The notes: a model not told the origin generated them from the letters alone. DNA of 64,000 nucleotides from an uncultured Prevotella sp. (GCA_900315635.1 OMZV01000012.1:7109-71108); one strand, 5' to 3'; positions 9,601 to 21,900 are shown, counted from the stretch's first letter. Program-made: numbers and translations.

Positions 9601-11076
9601 ACGTGGGAGAATGACTCTCTTGATGAAACTAAAGTTCTCAAAATCAGAAGCCTTCGGAGTCACAAGAGATTTTGATGTGTTTTCATCAACCGTAGTAAGA
9701 TAATGCAAGACAAGATTCCTTACACCGTCCAGATCAAAGTTGCTAAACATCGAAGCACTATAATACTGGGCACCCTTCATAGGGTAAAGGACAATAGTAT
9801 TAGTCTTACCATCCTTAGCCTCAGCTACAGATTTTAATTTGCTTTCGTTTCCTACCTCAACATTAAGATTAAGCTTGTCACTTGAAAGCCAATAGACATT
9901 AAATGACCAGCCTTTGCTGTCTACGAAAGTCTTCGTATCCTGAGAGTTGATAGTACTTGGCAATATTAAAGATGCATTATTTTTATCAAAGGATGTCAAC
10001 AAATTACTCAAATCTGTTGTTTCAAGACTTGAGAGCTGTGACAAATCAACGAAAGAAGAATTATCTACCAACAAGCCATTATTATTATATGTGGCATTTA
10101 AAATACTGTTAAGTTGGTCAACAGTGATCTTGATGGCATCATCTTTGTGCTCATCTGATGCATCTTGCTCAAACTTAATGGAGTTACAACCATTAGACAC
10201 AAGATTAAGAGCAACTATATCAACGAAATTACGGGTTTCATAATTTTGAGTATAATAATCTTTATGTTCTGCCAAGAAATCATTAAAATTCTCTATTGCA
10301 TGATACTCATTGGTAGCCGTATAGAACTTATCACCAGGTTCGTATGTTTGTTGTTGTCCAGCTGTTAAAGGTTCTGGTGTACCACCATTTCGAGACCTAT
10401 ATATATCTTTATTATATTGAGGAGTATAGACTATTGTAGATAATAAATAATTGTTTAAGTCATCTAAAGTTATCAATGTAACAGAAGAGAGAGCAACTTC
10501 CGCGTCCTTAGCAATCTCGTTCGTACTTAAGATGTAAATAGAATAAGTATTACCTTCGTAAGTAAACGTAGAGGATTTATCAAAAGAAGTTGTAGAGCTA
10601 CTAACTTCTTCTTCATTAGATCTATGTATTGTATTATCATATGATGCATAGACTTTGTACACATGCTTACCAGAGCTCTTTGAAAAGTCCCAAGAATCAG
10701 TAGAAGCTACATTATAGAAGTAATCTCCATTTTCAGGTGCTCCATCAAACAAAAGGGTATAGTCTTTTGTAGCTGTGTAATATTGAGTCGCTGATGTTTC
10801 ATCAACATCTTGATTTTCATTTACGGTCTGCTCATGTCCAACGCTACCACTATAAACATTATTTACAGCAGACTTGTTCCACTTCTTTTGTGTAGCGACT
10901 CTGTCAGTATAATCCGTCAAGTCACCCCAAGCCTTGACTATTAAGGTCTTGTTATCATCTCCTCCTGATGAGAAACTAACACCCTGGGCTGAAGAGTTAA
11001 CTGTCCAGCCTATTGCAAAGAGAAGGAAGAGCATAGATAGAATCTTTCCTGTTAATCTTTGTTTCATGTTGTTCAT
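6628..11076 (-). CDS. Large secreted surface protein with BspA-type leucine-rich repeats and a T9SS-like C-terminal domain
   Basis: Signal peptide; ICIPYNITHIGLRAFYGLTNL and LKEIDSYAFSS (LRR_5-like); C-terminus GITKVH...VYNLNGQYVG...LPKGIYIAGGKKYVVK. Confidence 0.75.
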   Translation of the reverse strand: MNNMKQRLTGKILSMLFLLFAIGWTVNSSAQGVSFSSGGDDNKTLIVKAWGDLTDYTDRVATQKKWNKSAVNNVYSGSVGHEQTVNENQDVDETSATQYYTATKDYTLLFDGAPENGDYFYNVASTDSWDFSKSSGKHVYKVYASYDNTIHRSNEEEVSSSTTSFDKSSTFTYEGNTYSIYILSTNEIAKDAEVALSSVTLITLDDLNNYLLSTIVYTPQYNKDIYRSRNGGTPEPLTAGQQQTYEPGDKFYTATNEYHAIENFNDFLAEHKDYYTQNYETRNFVDIVALNLVSNGCNSIKFEQDASDEHKDDAIKITVDQLNSILNATYNNNGLLVDNSSFVDLSQLSSLETTDLSNLLTSFDKNNASLILPSTINSQDTKTFVDSKGWSFNVYWLSSDKLNLNVEVGNESKLKSVAEAKDGKTNTIVLYPMKGAQYYSASMFSNFDLDGVRNLVLHYLTTVDENTSKSLVTPKASDFENFSFIKRVILPRGINSNISTFKNTNSSVDVYEICNWNNNYQTGGKNVRTGTQINVLEPGALAALADAHYTNDDIANGPRIDIFGAVNTADFTFISGINSKRINLSQMTFDPKDTNLDTEAEKKAAIDKISNPVLEYIALPDVGQETTDPMFKNLYDKTKNPNLKGVAYYYKTGKSYTCKTLVPGSISILTAMTSSVTDRNVNIDSIKVSGSLNAKDISNTGNNAAGTIYFVDGHFVFGDELDASNQDGFRKFKTPQPEGAETEGAFSGSKGMIKVDLSDATFSNVDDATLSATGIIATRTTDVVIPTDDKFTKLPVDFLHVNGTNIKTICIPYNITHIGLRAFYGLTNLSKVTTTTEDGTVLDYGYDYQYQLQDVTNEETKTTYKDQVKTDNIDYSAGSIVFSKNLKEIDSYAFSSVEKIKDVYCLSEEAPICQVNAFGSNPCTGNNGFSPNGGITRSDFNTHADANGYIDKWIVMLHYPTSIQGTDLEKRYKDVTRDYTISDAEGHTDGQGNLLCWPNQSEFNRSYTQGTNGYLWDAWKTDRTEWSNLGSYSLTHSSENTGYQVEQDKANKWYEDCKNSDKEDAIFYHTGYETDGKSVVRITDDSKDVDKGAWKNVKYSDPDKGDKQLYDGDYRGWHQFVLCATSRAKGEDPGHNFRFINDNGWWTICVPFDMTKKEVCEMFGKGGKHGGPHVCEFTGVERTNPDADQKNGSILLKFDRDVYNNVYKQDADNKSTLEIDHKTGDDEIVIHAGVPYMLQPDFDVKDDGTLKDPFAPGDQIFRSEKCKAKTSLELRSLARKHFVDVLALDKDGKAAKDAKNNDYHYYFIGNFWQTEMPQYAYFLAWYYPTDEQVKQGFSPNGFATYFWQKEMPAQTLNWNAFTAIIGSQWSTDDRKFFVPDGKLGNIHWYTRKGNDVKGGSVFADDSFNTSTSAKRGNSPENVSFSFGGDNTADGITKVHFGDQTLDVYNGKVYNLNGQYVGDSLENLPKGIYIAGGKKYVVK

Positions 11077-11227
11077 GTTGAAATTGGTTTATTATTATAT
11101 TATTAGTTTTTATACTATTCGTTTGTTTAATTGCAGTACGGTAGGGAAACCCATTAAAATGGGAAGGTCAATTCAAATGTAAAGGCTGACAGGTAGGGTT
11201 TTTGGTATTTTATTTACTATTTGGCTG

Positions 11228-11235
11228 CAAAATTA
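11228..11235 (-). promoter_or_regulatory. -7 promoter box for the surface-protein cassette
   Basis: TAATTTTG on the minus strand. Confidence 0.45.
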
Positions 11236-11479
11236 TTAAATTTTTTCTGAACATACAAGTAAGATCGGTTAAAAATATATGTCTATTTTGTTAACTCTAT
11301 GGATAAAATTGTTACTAAACAGAGGATTATATAATGAAATTAGTAATATAAGGTGGATTTTTGTTAATGAATTAGGGATCGGCACGATGGTCGATCCCTA
11401 ATGAAGAGGTGTGTGGTGTTTAATCAATGAACTTTTAGAAGGAAATGAATGAAAAGACAAAAGGTCATTAATGGGTTTG

Positions 11480-11562
11480 TAATTGGGCATCTTTTACAAT
11501 GTAATCGGGTATCTTTTAGGAGATGATTGGGTATCTTTTAGAAGCTAAAAGATGCCCAATTA
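11480..11562. repeat. Four-unit 22-bp-phased repeat element, copy 1
   Basis: TAATYGGGYATCTTTTA-type units at 11480, 11502 and 11524, inverted unit at 11546. Confidence 0.85.
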
Positions 11563-11598
11563 GGAAGTGTCTGAATATCAAATGGTTAAGTAAGATAC

Positions 11599-11639
11599 GA
11601 AAAAAACCTCTTCCGGAGGAGACCGAAAGAGGCTTTTTG
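11599..11639 (-). terminator. Terminator of the atp operon
   Basis: aaaaaacctcttccgg...ccgaaagaggctttt imperfect hairpin with A/T tracts. Confidence 0.6.
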
Positions 11640-11662
11640 ATATATAGAGTGATAAATAATCG

Positions 11663-12634
11663 CTAGTTCTGTGCACCACCGGCGAGGTCAAGAAGCTCGT
11701 TGGTGATGGCAGCCTGACGTGACTTGTTGTAGTCGAGGTTGAGATCACGCAGCAGTTCGTCGGCATTGTCGGTAGCCGTCTGCATGGCAACCATACGTGC
11801 GGCATGCTCACTGGCAGCACTGTCAAGAAGAGCGGTGTATATCATGAGATGAAGCTCCTTCGGAACAAGTTCACGAAGGACAGTCTCGACATCCGGCTCA
11901 ACTATGAAGTCGTCGTTCAGAGGTTTAGCATCCTCGCGCTCCGACTCCTCAGCCTGATGACCATGACGGCGCTTGTACTCCTGAGCCTTCGCTGTAACGA
12001 CATCCGACGAGAGGTCGCGCCCCTTATCCTCATAAAGCTGATCCTCAAGGTCGATAGGAAGGAAAGTCTTGCGGGTGAGGATCTGCGAACCGGCACTCTT
12101 GAAATGATGGTAAATCATCTCTACCTTGTCGACCTCGCCGCGATACCACTTCGTTCCGACGTCCGTTCCCAACTGCCGGCATCCTTCAGAATTCGGCTTG
12201 TCGGCAAGCTCAAGGAAACTGCCAGCCTTCTTCAGGCCCATCTTCGTCACCTTCTCCTCGACCTTTCGGCCTACAGGATAGATGAGGAAGTCGTCATCGG
12301 TCAGGCCCTGTGCCTTGTACTCGTTCATGACCTCAATCATCTTCTTGATAACGTTGTTGTTGAATCCTCCACAAAGTGAAGAGTTCGACGTAAAGACGAT
12401 GAGGGCAACACGATGTACCGGCCGCGGCTTGTCGAACGGCATGTCGATGTCGCGGTCGGAGGCTAGGAACGACTTCAGGATATGCTCGAGAAGAGTCTCG
12501 TAAGGAAGCATATTCTGTATCGCTACCTGAGCGTGGTGCAGCTTGCTCGAAGCAACCATCTTCATGGCACTCGTTATCTTGCGGGTGCTGTTGACAGAAG
12601 CTATCCTATTCTTTATTTCTTTCAGTGACGGCAT
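11663..12634 (-). CDS. atpG: ATP synthase F1 gamma
   Basis: KITSAMKMVASSK, SEHAARMVAM and RQAAITNEL motifs. Confidence 0.98.
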   Translation of the reverse strand: MPSLKEIKNRIASVNSTRKITSAMKMVASSKLHHAQVAIQNMLPYETLLEHILKSFLASDRDIDMPFDKPRPVHRVALIVFTSNSSLCGGFNNNVIKKMIEVMNEYKAQGLTDDDFLIYPVGRKVEEKVTKMGLKKAGSFLELADKPNSEGCRQLGTDVGTKWYRGEVDKVEMIYHHFKSAGSQILTRKTFLPIDLEDQLYEDKGRDLSSDVVTAKAQEYKRRHGHQAEESEREDAKPLNDDFIVEPDVETVLRELVPKELHLMIYTALLDSAASEHAARMVAMQTATDNADELLRDLNLDYNKSRQAAITNELLDLAGGAQN

Positions 12635-12718
12635 AATTATTAATATTGAAAGATTGAAAGAATGAAAGATTGAAAGAAAGAATTAGTTATTTCATTTTTT
12701 CAATCTTCCATTTTTTCT

Positions 12719-14305
12719 TTATTTCTTATATTGTCCTGCGACGTTAGCCATTACCTCTTCGATGACCTTTGTGTCGTCGTCGAGAAGCTTTCCTGAAGCC
12801 AGATTGTCGATGACATCCTTATGGGATGAACGCAATGACTCAAGGAACTGATCCTGACAGTCGCGAACCTTCTCGACAGGAACGTCGTGCATCAATCCAT
12901 GAACACCGCAATAGAGGATTGCGATCTGCTCGCCTACAGGCATTGGGCTGTACTGCGGCTGGATAAGCAGCTGGTTGTTCTTACGACCACGGTCCAGTGT
13001 CATAGCAGTGACCTTATCCATATCGCTTGAGAACTTAGAGAAAGACTCTAGCTCACGATACTGTGCCATGTCGATCTTCAACGTTCCAGCCACCTTCTTC
13101 ATACTCTTGATCTGGGCAGAACCACCGACACGAGATACGGAGATACCTACATTGATAGCCGGGCGGAAGCCCTGGTTGAAGAGGTCGGTCTCAAGGTAAA
13201 TCTGACCATCGGTAATAGAGATGACGTTTGTAGGAATGTAAGCCGATACATCACCAGCCTGTGTCTCAATGATAGGCAGAGCGGTGAGTGAACCACCTCC
13301 CTTTACATGTCCCTTCATTGACTCAGGAAGGTCGTTCATCTGCTCGGCAACTTCCTGCTGGTCGTTGATACGAGCTGCACGCTCAAGCAGGCGGCTGTGA
13401 AGATAGAAGACATCACCAGGATAAGCCTCACGTCCTGACGGACGACGCAGAATCAGTGATACCTCACGATAGGCGACAGCCTGCTTTGACAGGTCATCGT
13501 AAACGACGAGGGCAGAGAGTCCACGGTCACGGAAGTACTCGCCGATGGCGGCTCCGGCGAACGGAGCATAGTACTGCATGGCTGCCGGATCGGCTGCTGT
13601 AGCGCTAACAACGATTGTATATGGCATTGCGCCCTTATCCTTAAGAGTCTGGACAAGAGATGCAACGGTAGAAGCCTTCTGACCTATTGCGACATAGATG
13701 CAATAGACTGGCTTGCCAGCCTCATAGAGGCTCTTCTGGTTGATGATGGTATCGACGGCAATAGCGGTCTTACCAGTCTGGCGGTCGCCAATGATAAGCT
13801 CACGCTGTCCACGTCCGATAGGAATCATCGAGTCGACTGCCTTAAGTCCTGTCTGCAGCGGCTCCTTCACAGGCTGACGATAGATAACTCCCGGGGCCTT
13901 ACGGTCGAGAGGCATTTCGAAAGCGCCGGTCAGGTCAATATCGCCATTACCATCGATAGGATTTCCCAGCGGGTCGACGACACGGCCAAGGAAGTTGTCG
14001 TTGACACGGATAGAAGCGATACGGTGTGTACGCTTTACCTTCATGCCTTCCTTAATGCCGGACGTAGGACCTAGCAGGACACAACCAACGTTGTCCTCCT
14101 CAAGGTTCATGACGATGCCGATGGTGCCGTTTTCGAACTCGAGCAACTCGTTGGCCTCGGCATTGCGCAGTCCATAGATACGCGCCACACCATCGCTGAC
14201 GGTGAGGACTGTACCGACTTCGTCGAACTGTTCCTCCGAGTTTATGCCTTCAAGTTCCTTAAGCAGGACTTCGGACACCTCGCTTGGTTTAATTTTATCT
14301 GACAT
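12719..14305 (-). CDS. atpA: ATP synthase F1 alpha
   Basis: GDRQTGKT Walker [14 protein letters not shown]. Confidence 0.99.
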   Translation of the reverse strand: MSDKIKPSEVSEVLLKELEGINSEEQFDEVGTVLTVSDGVARIYGLRNAEANELLEFENGTIGIVMNLEEDNVGCVLLGPTSGIKEGMKVKRTHRIASIRVNDNFLGRVVDPLGNPIDGNGDIDLTGAFEMPLDRKAPGVIYRQPVKEPLQTGLKAVDSMIPIGRGQRELIIGDRQTGKTAIAVDTIINQKSLYEAGKPVYCIYVAIGQKASTVASLVQTLKDKGAMPYTIVVSATAADPAAMQYYAPFAGAAIGEYFRDRGLSALVVYDDLSKQAVAYREVSLILRRPSGREAYPGDVFYLHSRLLERAARINDQQEVAEQMNDLPESMKGHVKGGGSLTALPIIETQAGDVSAYIPTNVISITDGQIYLETDLFNQGFRPAINVGISVSRVGGSAQIKSMKKVAGTLKIDMAQYRELESFSKFSSDMDKVTAMTLDRGRKNNQLLIQPQYSPMPVGEQIAILYCGVHGLMHDVPVEKVRDCQDQFLESLRSSHKDVIDNLASGKLLDDDTKVIEEVMANVAGQYKK

Positions 14306-14310
14306 TTGAA

Positions 14311-14847
14311 TTATTTTTTAAGTTGTGTAAGGATATTGCTAAGTTTTGTCTTAACACTTGCATCCATTCTGTAGGTGTCGTACTCGAGTATGAATCCGCC
14401 AATGATGTTCGGATCGACCTCGGTATTGAACTCTACAGTACCATGAGTTTTGCTCTCGACCATGCGGCGCATTTTGTCCTCAGTTTCCTGAGAGACCGGT
14501 GCTGCCGTAGTGAGGGAGCCACGGATAATGTTCTTCTGCTTTCTATAAAGTGTGATGTAAGAGGCCGCCATGAATTGCAGTGTCTTCTCCCTGTCTTCGT
14601 TCAGGACCAGTTCGACGAACTTCTTCGTCAGCTCGCAGATATTGTCGCCACAGGCAGTAGCGACAATCTTCAGCTTCTTGTCCTTTGAGAGCATAGGGTT
14701 GTCGATTGTAAAGCGCAATTCAGGTACCTCGAGGAAACTCTTCGAGAGAGTCTGCATCTCCTTATAGACCTGATCTTCGAGCTTTAGCCCCGTAGCGCAT
14801 TTGAGCAGCGCGCGGGCGTAGCGAACCGATATTACACCTAAATCCAT
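14311..14847 (-). CDS. atpH: ATP synthase F1 delta
   Basis: [18 protein letters not shown]; operon position. Confidence 0.95.
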   Translation of the reverse strand: MDLGVISVRYARALLKCATGLKLEDQVYKEMQTLSKSFLEVPELRFTIDNPMLSKDKKLKIVATACGDNICELTKKFVELVLNEDREKTLQFMAASYITLYRKQKNIIRGSLTTAAPVSQETEDKMRRMVESKTHGTVEFNTEVDPNIIGGFILEYDTYRMDASVKTKLSNILTQLKK

Positions 14848-14853
14848 AAGCTG

Positions 14854-15363
14854 CTATTTAACGTTTTTATCAGTAGAAGAAACCTCATCCAGCAATCTGT
14901 CAATCAATTCGTTCTGCTCCTTGTCGCCTGAGAGTTTCTGACGCAGAATCTTCTCCGCAATCTGTACGGAGAGCTCAGCTACCTGATTGCGAATATCGCG
15001 GATGGCAGCCTGTTTCTCGTTCTGTATCTCAGCCTTGGCATCACTGATGATGCGGGCACCTTCATCGCGTGCCTTGTCTTGGGCTTTCTCGACGATGGCG
15101 TCGCGAGTGTCGGAGGCTTCCTTTAGAATCTTCGACTGCTGCTCGCGAGCCTGTTGAAGCAGCAACTCACCTTCTTTCTGGATATTGGCAAGCTTTTCGT
15201 TAGCCTCACGGGCTTTCTTCAGACTCCCGTCGATGTACGCCTTGCGGTCGTTAACCATCTTCACAATAGAAGGGAATCCCCATTTCCAAAGGATGAGGAA
15301 TACTATTACGAAGACGAGGGTCATCCAAAATAGCAAGCCACTATCAGGAATCAATAAATCCAT
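14854..15363 (-). CDS. atpF: ATP synthase Fo subunit b
   Basis: N-terminal TM helix plus coiled coil; operon position. Confidence 0.95.
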   Translation of the reverse strand: MDLLIPDSGLLFWMTLVFVIVFLILWKWGFPSIVKMVNDRKAYIDGSLKKAREANEKLANIQKEGELLLQQAREQQSKILKEASDTRDAIVEKAQDKARDEGARIISDAKAEIQNEKQAAIRDIRNQVAELSVQIAEKILRQKLSGDKEQNELIDRLLDEVSSTDKNVK

Positions 15364-15421
15364 AAATGCTGGTGTTTGCTTGGTTATACGTATAAATCTT
15401 AATAACTCGCAGGGTATGCAA

Positions 15422-15676
<255 letters not shown>

Positions 15677-15725
15677 TTAATTGTTTATTATTTTTTGTTT
15701 ATTATATACCTTATTATATAGGGGG

Positions 15726-16892
15726 TTATGCCTTCTGTGGATGAACGTGTGCCATGCTGATGAACACTGCGCTAAGCATTGTAAACACAAGAGCCTGAAT
15801 GTAGCTTACCAGAACCTCCAAAAGCATCATGAAGACACTCATCGCAACACTGACAACAGTCATGCCTGTACCGGCAAGGATATTGGCAATGGCATTGTCG
15901 GCAATACCGAACATGATGAAGATGATAGCGGCAAAGCTAAGTGCTATGGCGTGACCTGCCATCATGTTGGCGAATAGTCGGATGATAAGAGCCAGTGGCT
16001 TTGTGAATATTCCGAAGAGTTCAATGAATGGCATCAATGGTACCGGCACCTTCAGCCACATAGGAACATCCGGCCAGAATATATCCTTCCAGTAAGCCTT
16101 CGTTCCTGTGAAGTTGGTAATGAGGAATGTGGTGAATCCGAGGAAGAACGTACATGCAATGTTACCAGTAAGGTTTCCACCGCCTGGAGGGAATGGGACG
16201 ATACCCATAAGGTTTGCCAGGAAGATGAAGAAGAAACAGGTAAGCAACCAGGGTGCGTACTTCGGTGCCTCATCGCCCATACACGACTTGATTACATCAT
16301 TGTAAACGCTCATTATGAACATGTGCATAAGTCCTGTGAATCCCTTTGGTGCCGGGTCGCTAACCTTATGGCGCCTGCACCAGCGTGCCGGGATAAGGAC
16401 ACAGAGCAGAAGCAGGATGGCATCGATGAACAGTACGCAGACTGTCTTCGTGATGGATATATCCACAGGACGGACTTCCTGACCGTTAATCTTCTCGACA
16501 ATCTTGTTCGGGTTTGCCTTGGCATCGCCGTTCTTGATTACGAGATTCTTAAGGTCCGGATCACTGCCTACATAAGGGCGGTCACCGTTGGTAATGACAT
16601 TGCCGTCAAGGTCGATAGCTCCTTTAACGGTCTTGCCATTCTTTAGCTTGATGTCTTTCAGCTCAGCGAAATTGCCACTGCTGAACACATGCCAACCGGT
16701 GGACGTCTTTATGATAACAGGCAGGTTGATGACAACCGGTCCTGTGACATGCCACTGATAAGAATCCTTGATATGACCCCACAAAATGTTCTTCACGTCG
16801 ACAGACTGATGATGCGAGAAGTCGTGTGCTCCGGCAGGAACAGCGACCACCGCCAGCAGGACGATGAGGAACAATTGCTTTAAGTATTTCAT
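15726..16892 (-). CDS. atpB: ATP synthase Fo subunit a with N-terminal extension
   Basis: KPLALIIRLFANMMAGH, EVLVSYIQALVF. Confidence 0.95.
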   Translation of the reverse strand: MKYLKQLFLIVLLAVVAVPAGAHDFSHHQSVDVKNILWGHIKDSYQWHVTGPVVINLPVIIKTSTGWHVFSSGNFAELKDIKLKNGKTVKGAIDLDGNVITNGDRPYVGSDPDLKNLVIKNGDAKANPNKIVEKINGQEVRPVDISITKTVCVLFIDAILLLLCVLIPARWCRRHKVSDPAPKGFTGLMHMFIMSVYNDVIKSCMGDEAPKYAPWLLTCFFFIFLANLMGIVPFPPGGGNLTGNIACTFFLGFTTFLITNFTGTKAYWKDIFWPDVPMWLKVPVPLMPFIELFGIFTKPLALIIRLFANMMAGHAIALSFAAIIFIMFGIADNAIANILAGTGMTVVSVAMSVFMMLLEVLVSYIQALVFTMLSAVFISMAHVHPQKA

Positions 16893-16907
16893 ATCTGAAA
16901 TCGTTAA

Positions 16908-17318
16908 TTACTTAATATTATTCTTTTTCTCAATATGAGCAAAGTAGATGCAATCGTATGCGAGCATCACTAAGTAGAACCCGACAAACATTCCGGCAAA
17001 ACCCAACAGAGCTGTCCTGTCGCCGCGAAGAATGACCATCGCTATGACGACTACCAGCAACGCAGCGAACATCCGAAGTGCTGAAGCTGCAATGTAGAAC
17101 TTGCCTAAAGTCGACGGCGACCGCTTTGCAACGGCTTTCCACGACTGGATGTAGGCTATACTTGTAACCAAGGAGAACAATGCACTGATGACCAAAGCGT
17201 TGACCAGCTTTGTCTCCTGGAAGTACTGCATGACAAGGAGAACAATAACCGTAAGGCCGAATATCAGCCAAAGGCTTATTTTATAATATTGCTTAGCTAT
17301 GCGGTTTATTAGTTCCAT
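16908..17318 (-). CDS. AtpI-like 4-TM membrane protein
   Basis: Four hydrophobic segments between atpC and atpB. Confidence 0.65.
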   Translation of the reverse strand: MELINRIAKQYYKISLWLIFGLTVIVLLVMQYFQETKLVNALVISALFSLVTSIAYIQSWKAVAKRSPSTLGKFYIAASALRMFAALLVVVIAMVILRGDRTALLGFAGMFVGFYLVMLAYDCIYFAHIEKKNNIK

Positions 17319-17372
17319 TTGTTATGCTTGTTCTATTTTAGTTTGCCATAGTTTGCCAAGTTCAACTGAGAA

Positions 17373-17612
17373 CTACAACTCCACACAGAGCGAGACTTCG
17401 TTCTTCTTTACAGAAACGAAACCGCCGTGAATATTGAAGTCCTTCTTTCCGTCCTTAGTGGCGTACTCCACTTTGCCTTCTGAGAGCGAGGAGATAATCG
17501 GGGCGTGGTCGTTGAGGATCTCGAAACTTCCCAGCGTACCGGGAACGAGAACACTCTCGACTTCGCCTTGATAAACGACTTTCTCCGGACTGACTATCTT
17601 AAGTTTAAGCAT
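17373..17612 (-). CDS. atpC: ATP synthase F1 epsilon (short form)
   Basis: LKIVSPEK, PGTLGSFEILNDHAPIIS. Confidence 0.95.
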   Translation of the reverse strand: MLKLKIVSPEKVVYQGEVESVLVPGTLGSFEILNDHAPIISSLSEGKVEYATKDGKKDFNIHGGFVSVKKNEVSLCVEL

Positions 17613-17616
17613 ATTT

Positions 17617-17730
17617 TAATTACTAATTACTAATTTGGAATTACTAATTTTCTAAATTACTAATTACTAATTTGGAATTACTAATTTTTCAACTCGTAAC
17701 TCATAATTCGTAACTCGTAATTTGTAACGC
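17617..17730. repeat. Heptamer tandem repeats (aattact; aactcgt/aactcat) between atpD and atpC
   Basis: Direct reading. Confidence 0.85.
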
Positions 17731-17738
17731 TAATCTGC

Positions 17739-19277
<1,539 letters not shown>

Positions 19278-19321
19278 TTAGTTTTAATAAATTCCTATCG
19301 CCTAATTCATAAGCAACGCAG

Positions 19322-19329
19322 CAAAATTA
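19322..19329 (-). promoter_or_regulatory. -7 promoter box of the atp operon
   Basis: TAATTTTG on the minus strand about 57 nt upstream of atpD. Confidence 0.55.
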
Positions 19330-19445
19330 ACAATTTATTTTGTCATTGGGTTAACATCATACTGCATTTTAGCATTATTTAAACCCAATAAAATACTTTG
19401 AGTTTTCTATTGTTTACTTTTGCCACGTCACTGTTCTATTGAGTA

Positions 19446-20423
19446 TTAGATACTCAATTCATCAAGAACCTTGATGAGTTTGCGGTCGAACGGCTTATCA
19501 CTGCGGATAGCATCGGCGAATGGAACATAAACGACTTCGTTGTTGCGGACACCAACCATAACGTTGCGCTGTCCCTGCATAATAGCCTCAATGGCTCCGA
19601 CACCTGTACGGCTGGCAAGGATGCGGTCACGAGCCGACGGGCTACCACCACGCTGTAAGTGTCCGAGAATAGACACACGTACATCATATCCCGGGAACTC
19701 CTTCTTGACACGGTCAGCATAGTAAAGAGCACCGCACTTAGGACTCTCGGATACAATTACTATACAGCTCTTCTTGGACTTACGGATACCACGCTCCATG
19801 AAGTTCTGCAGCTGGTCGACATCGGTTGAATCCTCAGGGATGATAGCTGCCTCAGCACCAGTAGCGATAGCACTGTTCTGAGCAAGGAATCCTGCATCAC
19901 GACCCATCACCTCAACGAAGAAGATACGCTCATGGCTCTGCGCAGTATCACGGATACGGTCGACACACTCAACGATTGTATTCAGAGTTGTATCATATCC
20001 GATTGTATTATCAGTGCCATAGAGGTCGTTGTCGATGGTACCAGGCAGACCAATAATAGGAACGTCAAACTCCTGGGCAAAAATCATAGCACCGGTAAGT
20101 GAACCGTTACCACCGATGACTACCAGTGCGTCGATTCCCTCTTCCTGGATATTCTTATAAGCCTTCTCACGTCCTTCCGGAGTCTCGAACTCCTTTGAAC
20201 GGGCTGTCTTAAGGATAGTACCACCACGGTTGATAATACCACTGACATTCTCAGTAGTAAAAGGTTTGATCTCATCATTGATAAGACCATCATAACCACG
20301 GTATACGCCTTTGATGTTGAAACCGTTGTAGATTCCTCCACGTGTGACGGCACGGATTGCAGCGTTCATTCCGGGTGCGTCACCACCAGATGTTAAAACT
20401 CCAATTGTTTTAATCTTTCCCAT
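19446..20423 (-). CDS. pfkA: 6-phosphofructokinase
   Basis: [21 protein letters not shown] and LGHLQRGG motifs. Confidence 0.98.
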   Translation of the reverse strand: MGKIKTIGVLTSGGDAPGMNAAIRAVTRGGIYNGFNIKGVYRGYDGLINDEIKPFTTENVSGIINRGGTILKTARSKEFETPEGREKAYKNIQEEGIDALVVIGGNGSLTGAMIFAQEFDVPIIGLPGTIDNDLYGTDNTIGYDTTLNTIVECVDRIRDTAQSHERIFFVEVMGRDAGFLAQNSAIATGAEAAIIPEDSTDVDQLQNFMERGIRKSKKSCIVIVSESPKCGALYYADRVKKEFPGYDVRVSILGHLQRGGSPSARDRILASRTGVGAIEAIMQGQRNVMVGVRNNEVVYVPFADAIRSDKPFDRKLIKVLDELSI

Positions 20424-20496
20424 AATAGTGAATAGTGATATTATTATTTTCTATAAACTTTCAAACTGCTAATTTAATTATCTTAAGTTGTGGTAT

Positions 20497-21900
20497 TTAA
20501 GCCAGATAGTAAGTGCCGTAGCACCAGTCCATCAGGAACATAGCGACAAGTCCGAGCACGGCTCCCACCATTACTTTCCATCCGACGTTCCTAAAATACC
20601 AGCCCACATGCATGTGCTCCATCTTAAGCAGAGCCAGACCAGCCATCGAGCCGGTAGCAAGAATATTTCCGGCGGCAGGGACTACGAAAGCAATAACCTT
20701 CCAGTAGATTCCATTCTGCACGAAAGCCGCCGCAAGTCCTTGGGTCGACATTGACACATCATACAGCGAGAAGAATGATGCCGCAGTAGCGAAATTATCG
20801 AGCACACTGCTCACCGTCCCGGCAATGATTCCCATAATCCAGACGTTGTGGATATTTACCGCACACCACTGAGCCAGCCACCGTAGAGCGCCGGTCTCAG
20901 CGAGCACTCCCAGCATCAGCACGATACCAACGATGAAGAGCATCATCTGAATGATACCATATTGCAGGACACGAGGGACACGGCGGTCAATCATCTTATC
21001 GACATTAATCAACTTGCGGTTGAATATCTCATTGACGATCCACAGTACCGACAGAACGCACAACGCTCCGAGGAACGGGCTTAGCTTAGTAATATTATGG
21101 AACGTAGGGATGAACCACAAACCGCCAATTCCGACGACGAGCATCAGCAACCTCTGCCAAACATTCAGTCGCGTATCATCGCCCCGATAAGGCATTCCAA
21201 TCCACCCAGTGTCAACCCTTTCAGGCAGCATATTGCTGAGCCACCAAACAGGCAAAGCCCATGCAATGAGACAAGGAAGAGCGAGCGCCACCGAGAAGTT
21301 AGTAGCCGTTACAGCGCTCTTGTTCCATATCAGCAGGTTAGTCGGGTCGCCGATGACAGTCAAAGCACCGCCGATATTAGCCGAAATGACGATAACGGAA
21401 CCCAGAATCATTCTTTGCCTGCGATTCTGAATAACCCCATGCATCATCGTAAGCATCATCACTGTCGTTGTAAGATTATCAAGGTTTGCCGACAGGATGA
21501 ATGTAATTACAGCCAACATCCACACCATCTTCCGGCTTGAGCGAGTCCTCAGCAGTTGTTTCAAGAAGTCGAAACAGCCGTTGTTGTCCAGCACTTCGAC
21601 AATAGTCATTGTAGCAAGCAGATAGAGGACAATCTCAGCCGCCCTTCCGACATACTTCAGGAAGATGTTCGAGGCAATGTATTCCTTCACCGTAACGCTC
21701 GTAGCGACAGTGCCTTGCAGGAAACTGGAATAATCATTTGGATGCTGACTGAGCACGAAATCGGCGCCATAGCAGATATACAACACCCAGCACAAAGTCC
21801 CCGTGAATATTGCCACGGCGGCCTTGTTGATGTTGGTAATCCTCTCTGTAGCTATCAGAAGGAGACCAAATACTGCTATTGCTACGATTATCAGTGTCAT
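20497..21900 (-). CDS. nhaD: NhaD/ArsB-family Na+/H+ antiporter
   Basis: LSANLDNLTT, IGDPTN and SSVLDN motifs; many TM helices. Confidence 0.8.
   Translation of the reverse strand: MTLIIVAIAVFGLLLIATERITNINKAAVAIFTGTLCWVLYICYGADFVLSQHPNDYSSFLQGTVATSVTVKEYIASNIFLKYVGRAAEIVLYLLATMTIVEVLDNNGCFDFLKQLLRTRSSRKMVWMLAVITFILSANLDNLTTTVMMLTMMHGVIQNRRQRMILGSVIVISANIGGALTVIGDPTNLLIWNKSAVTATNFSVALALPCLIAWALPVWWLSNMLPERVDTGWIGMPYRGDDTRLNVWQRLLMLVVGIGGLWFIPTFHNITKLSPFLGALCVLSVLWIVNEIFNRKLINVDKMIDRRVPRVLQYGIIQMMLFIVGIVLMLGVLAETGALRWLAQWCAVNIHNVWIMGIIAGTVSSVLDNFATAASFFSLYDVSMSTQGLAAAFVQNGIYWKVIAFVVPAAGNILATGSMAGLALLKMEHMHVGWYFRNVGWKVMVGAVLGLVAMFLMDWCYGTYYLA

Noticed and set aside
11080-11340. Invertible promoter upstream of the surface protein
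   Set aside because: No convincing flanking inverted repeats and no recombinase nearby
16500-16892. Signal-peptide-like N-terminal extension on AtpB and unusual atp gene order
   Set aside because: Both are normal for Bacteroidota
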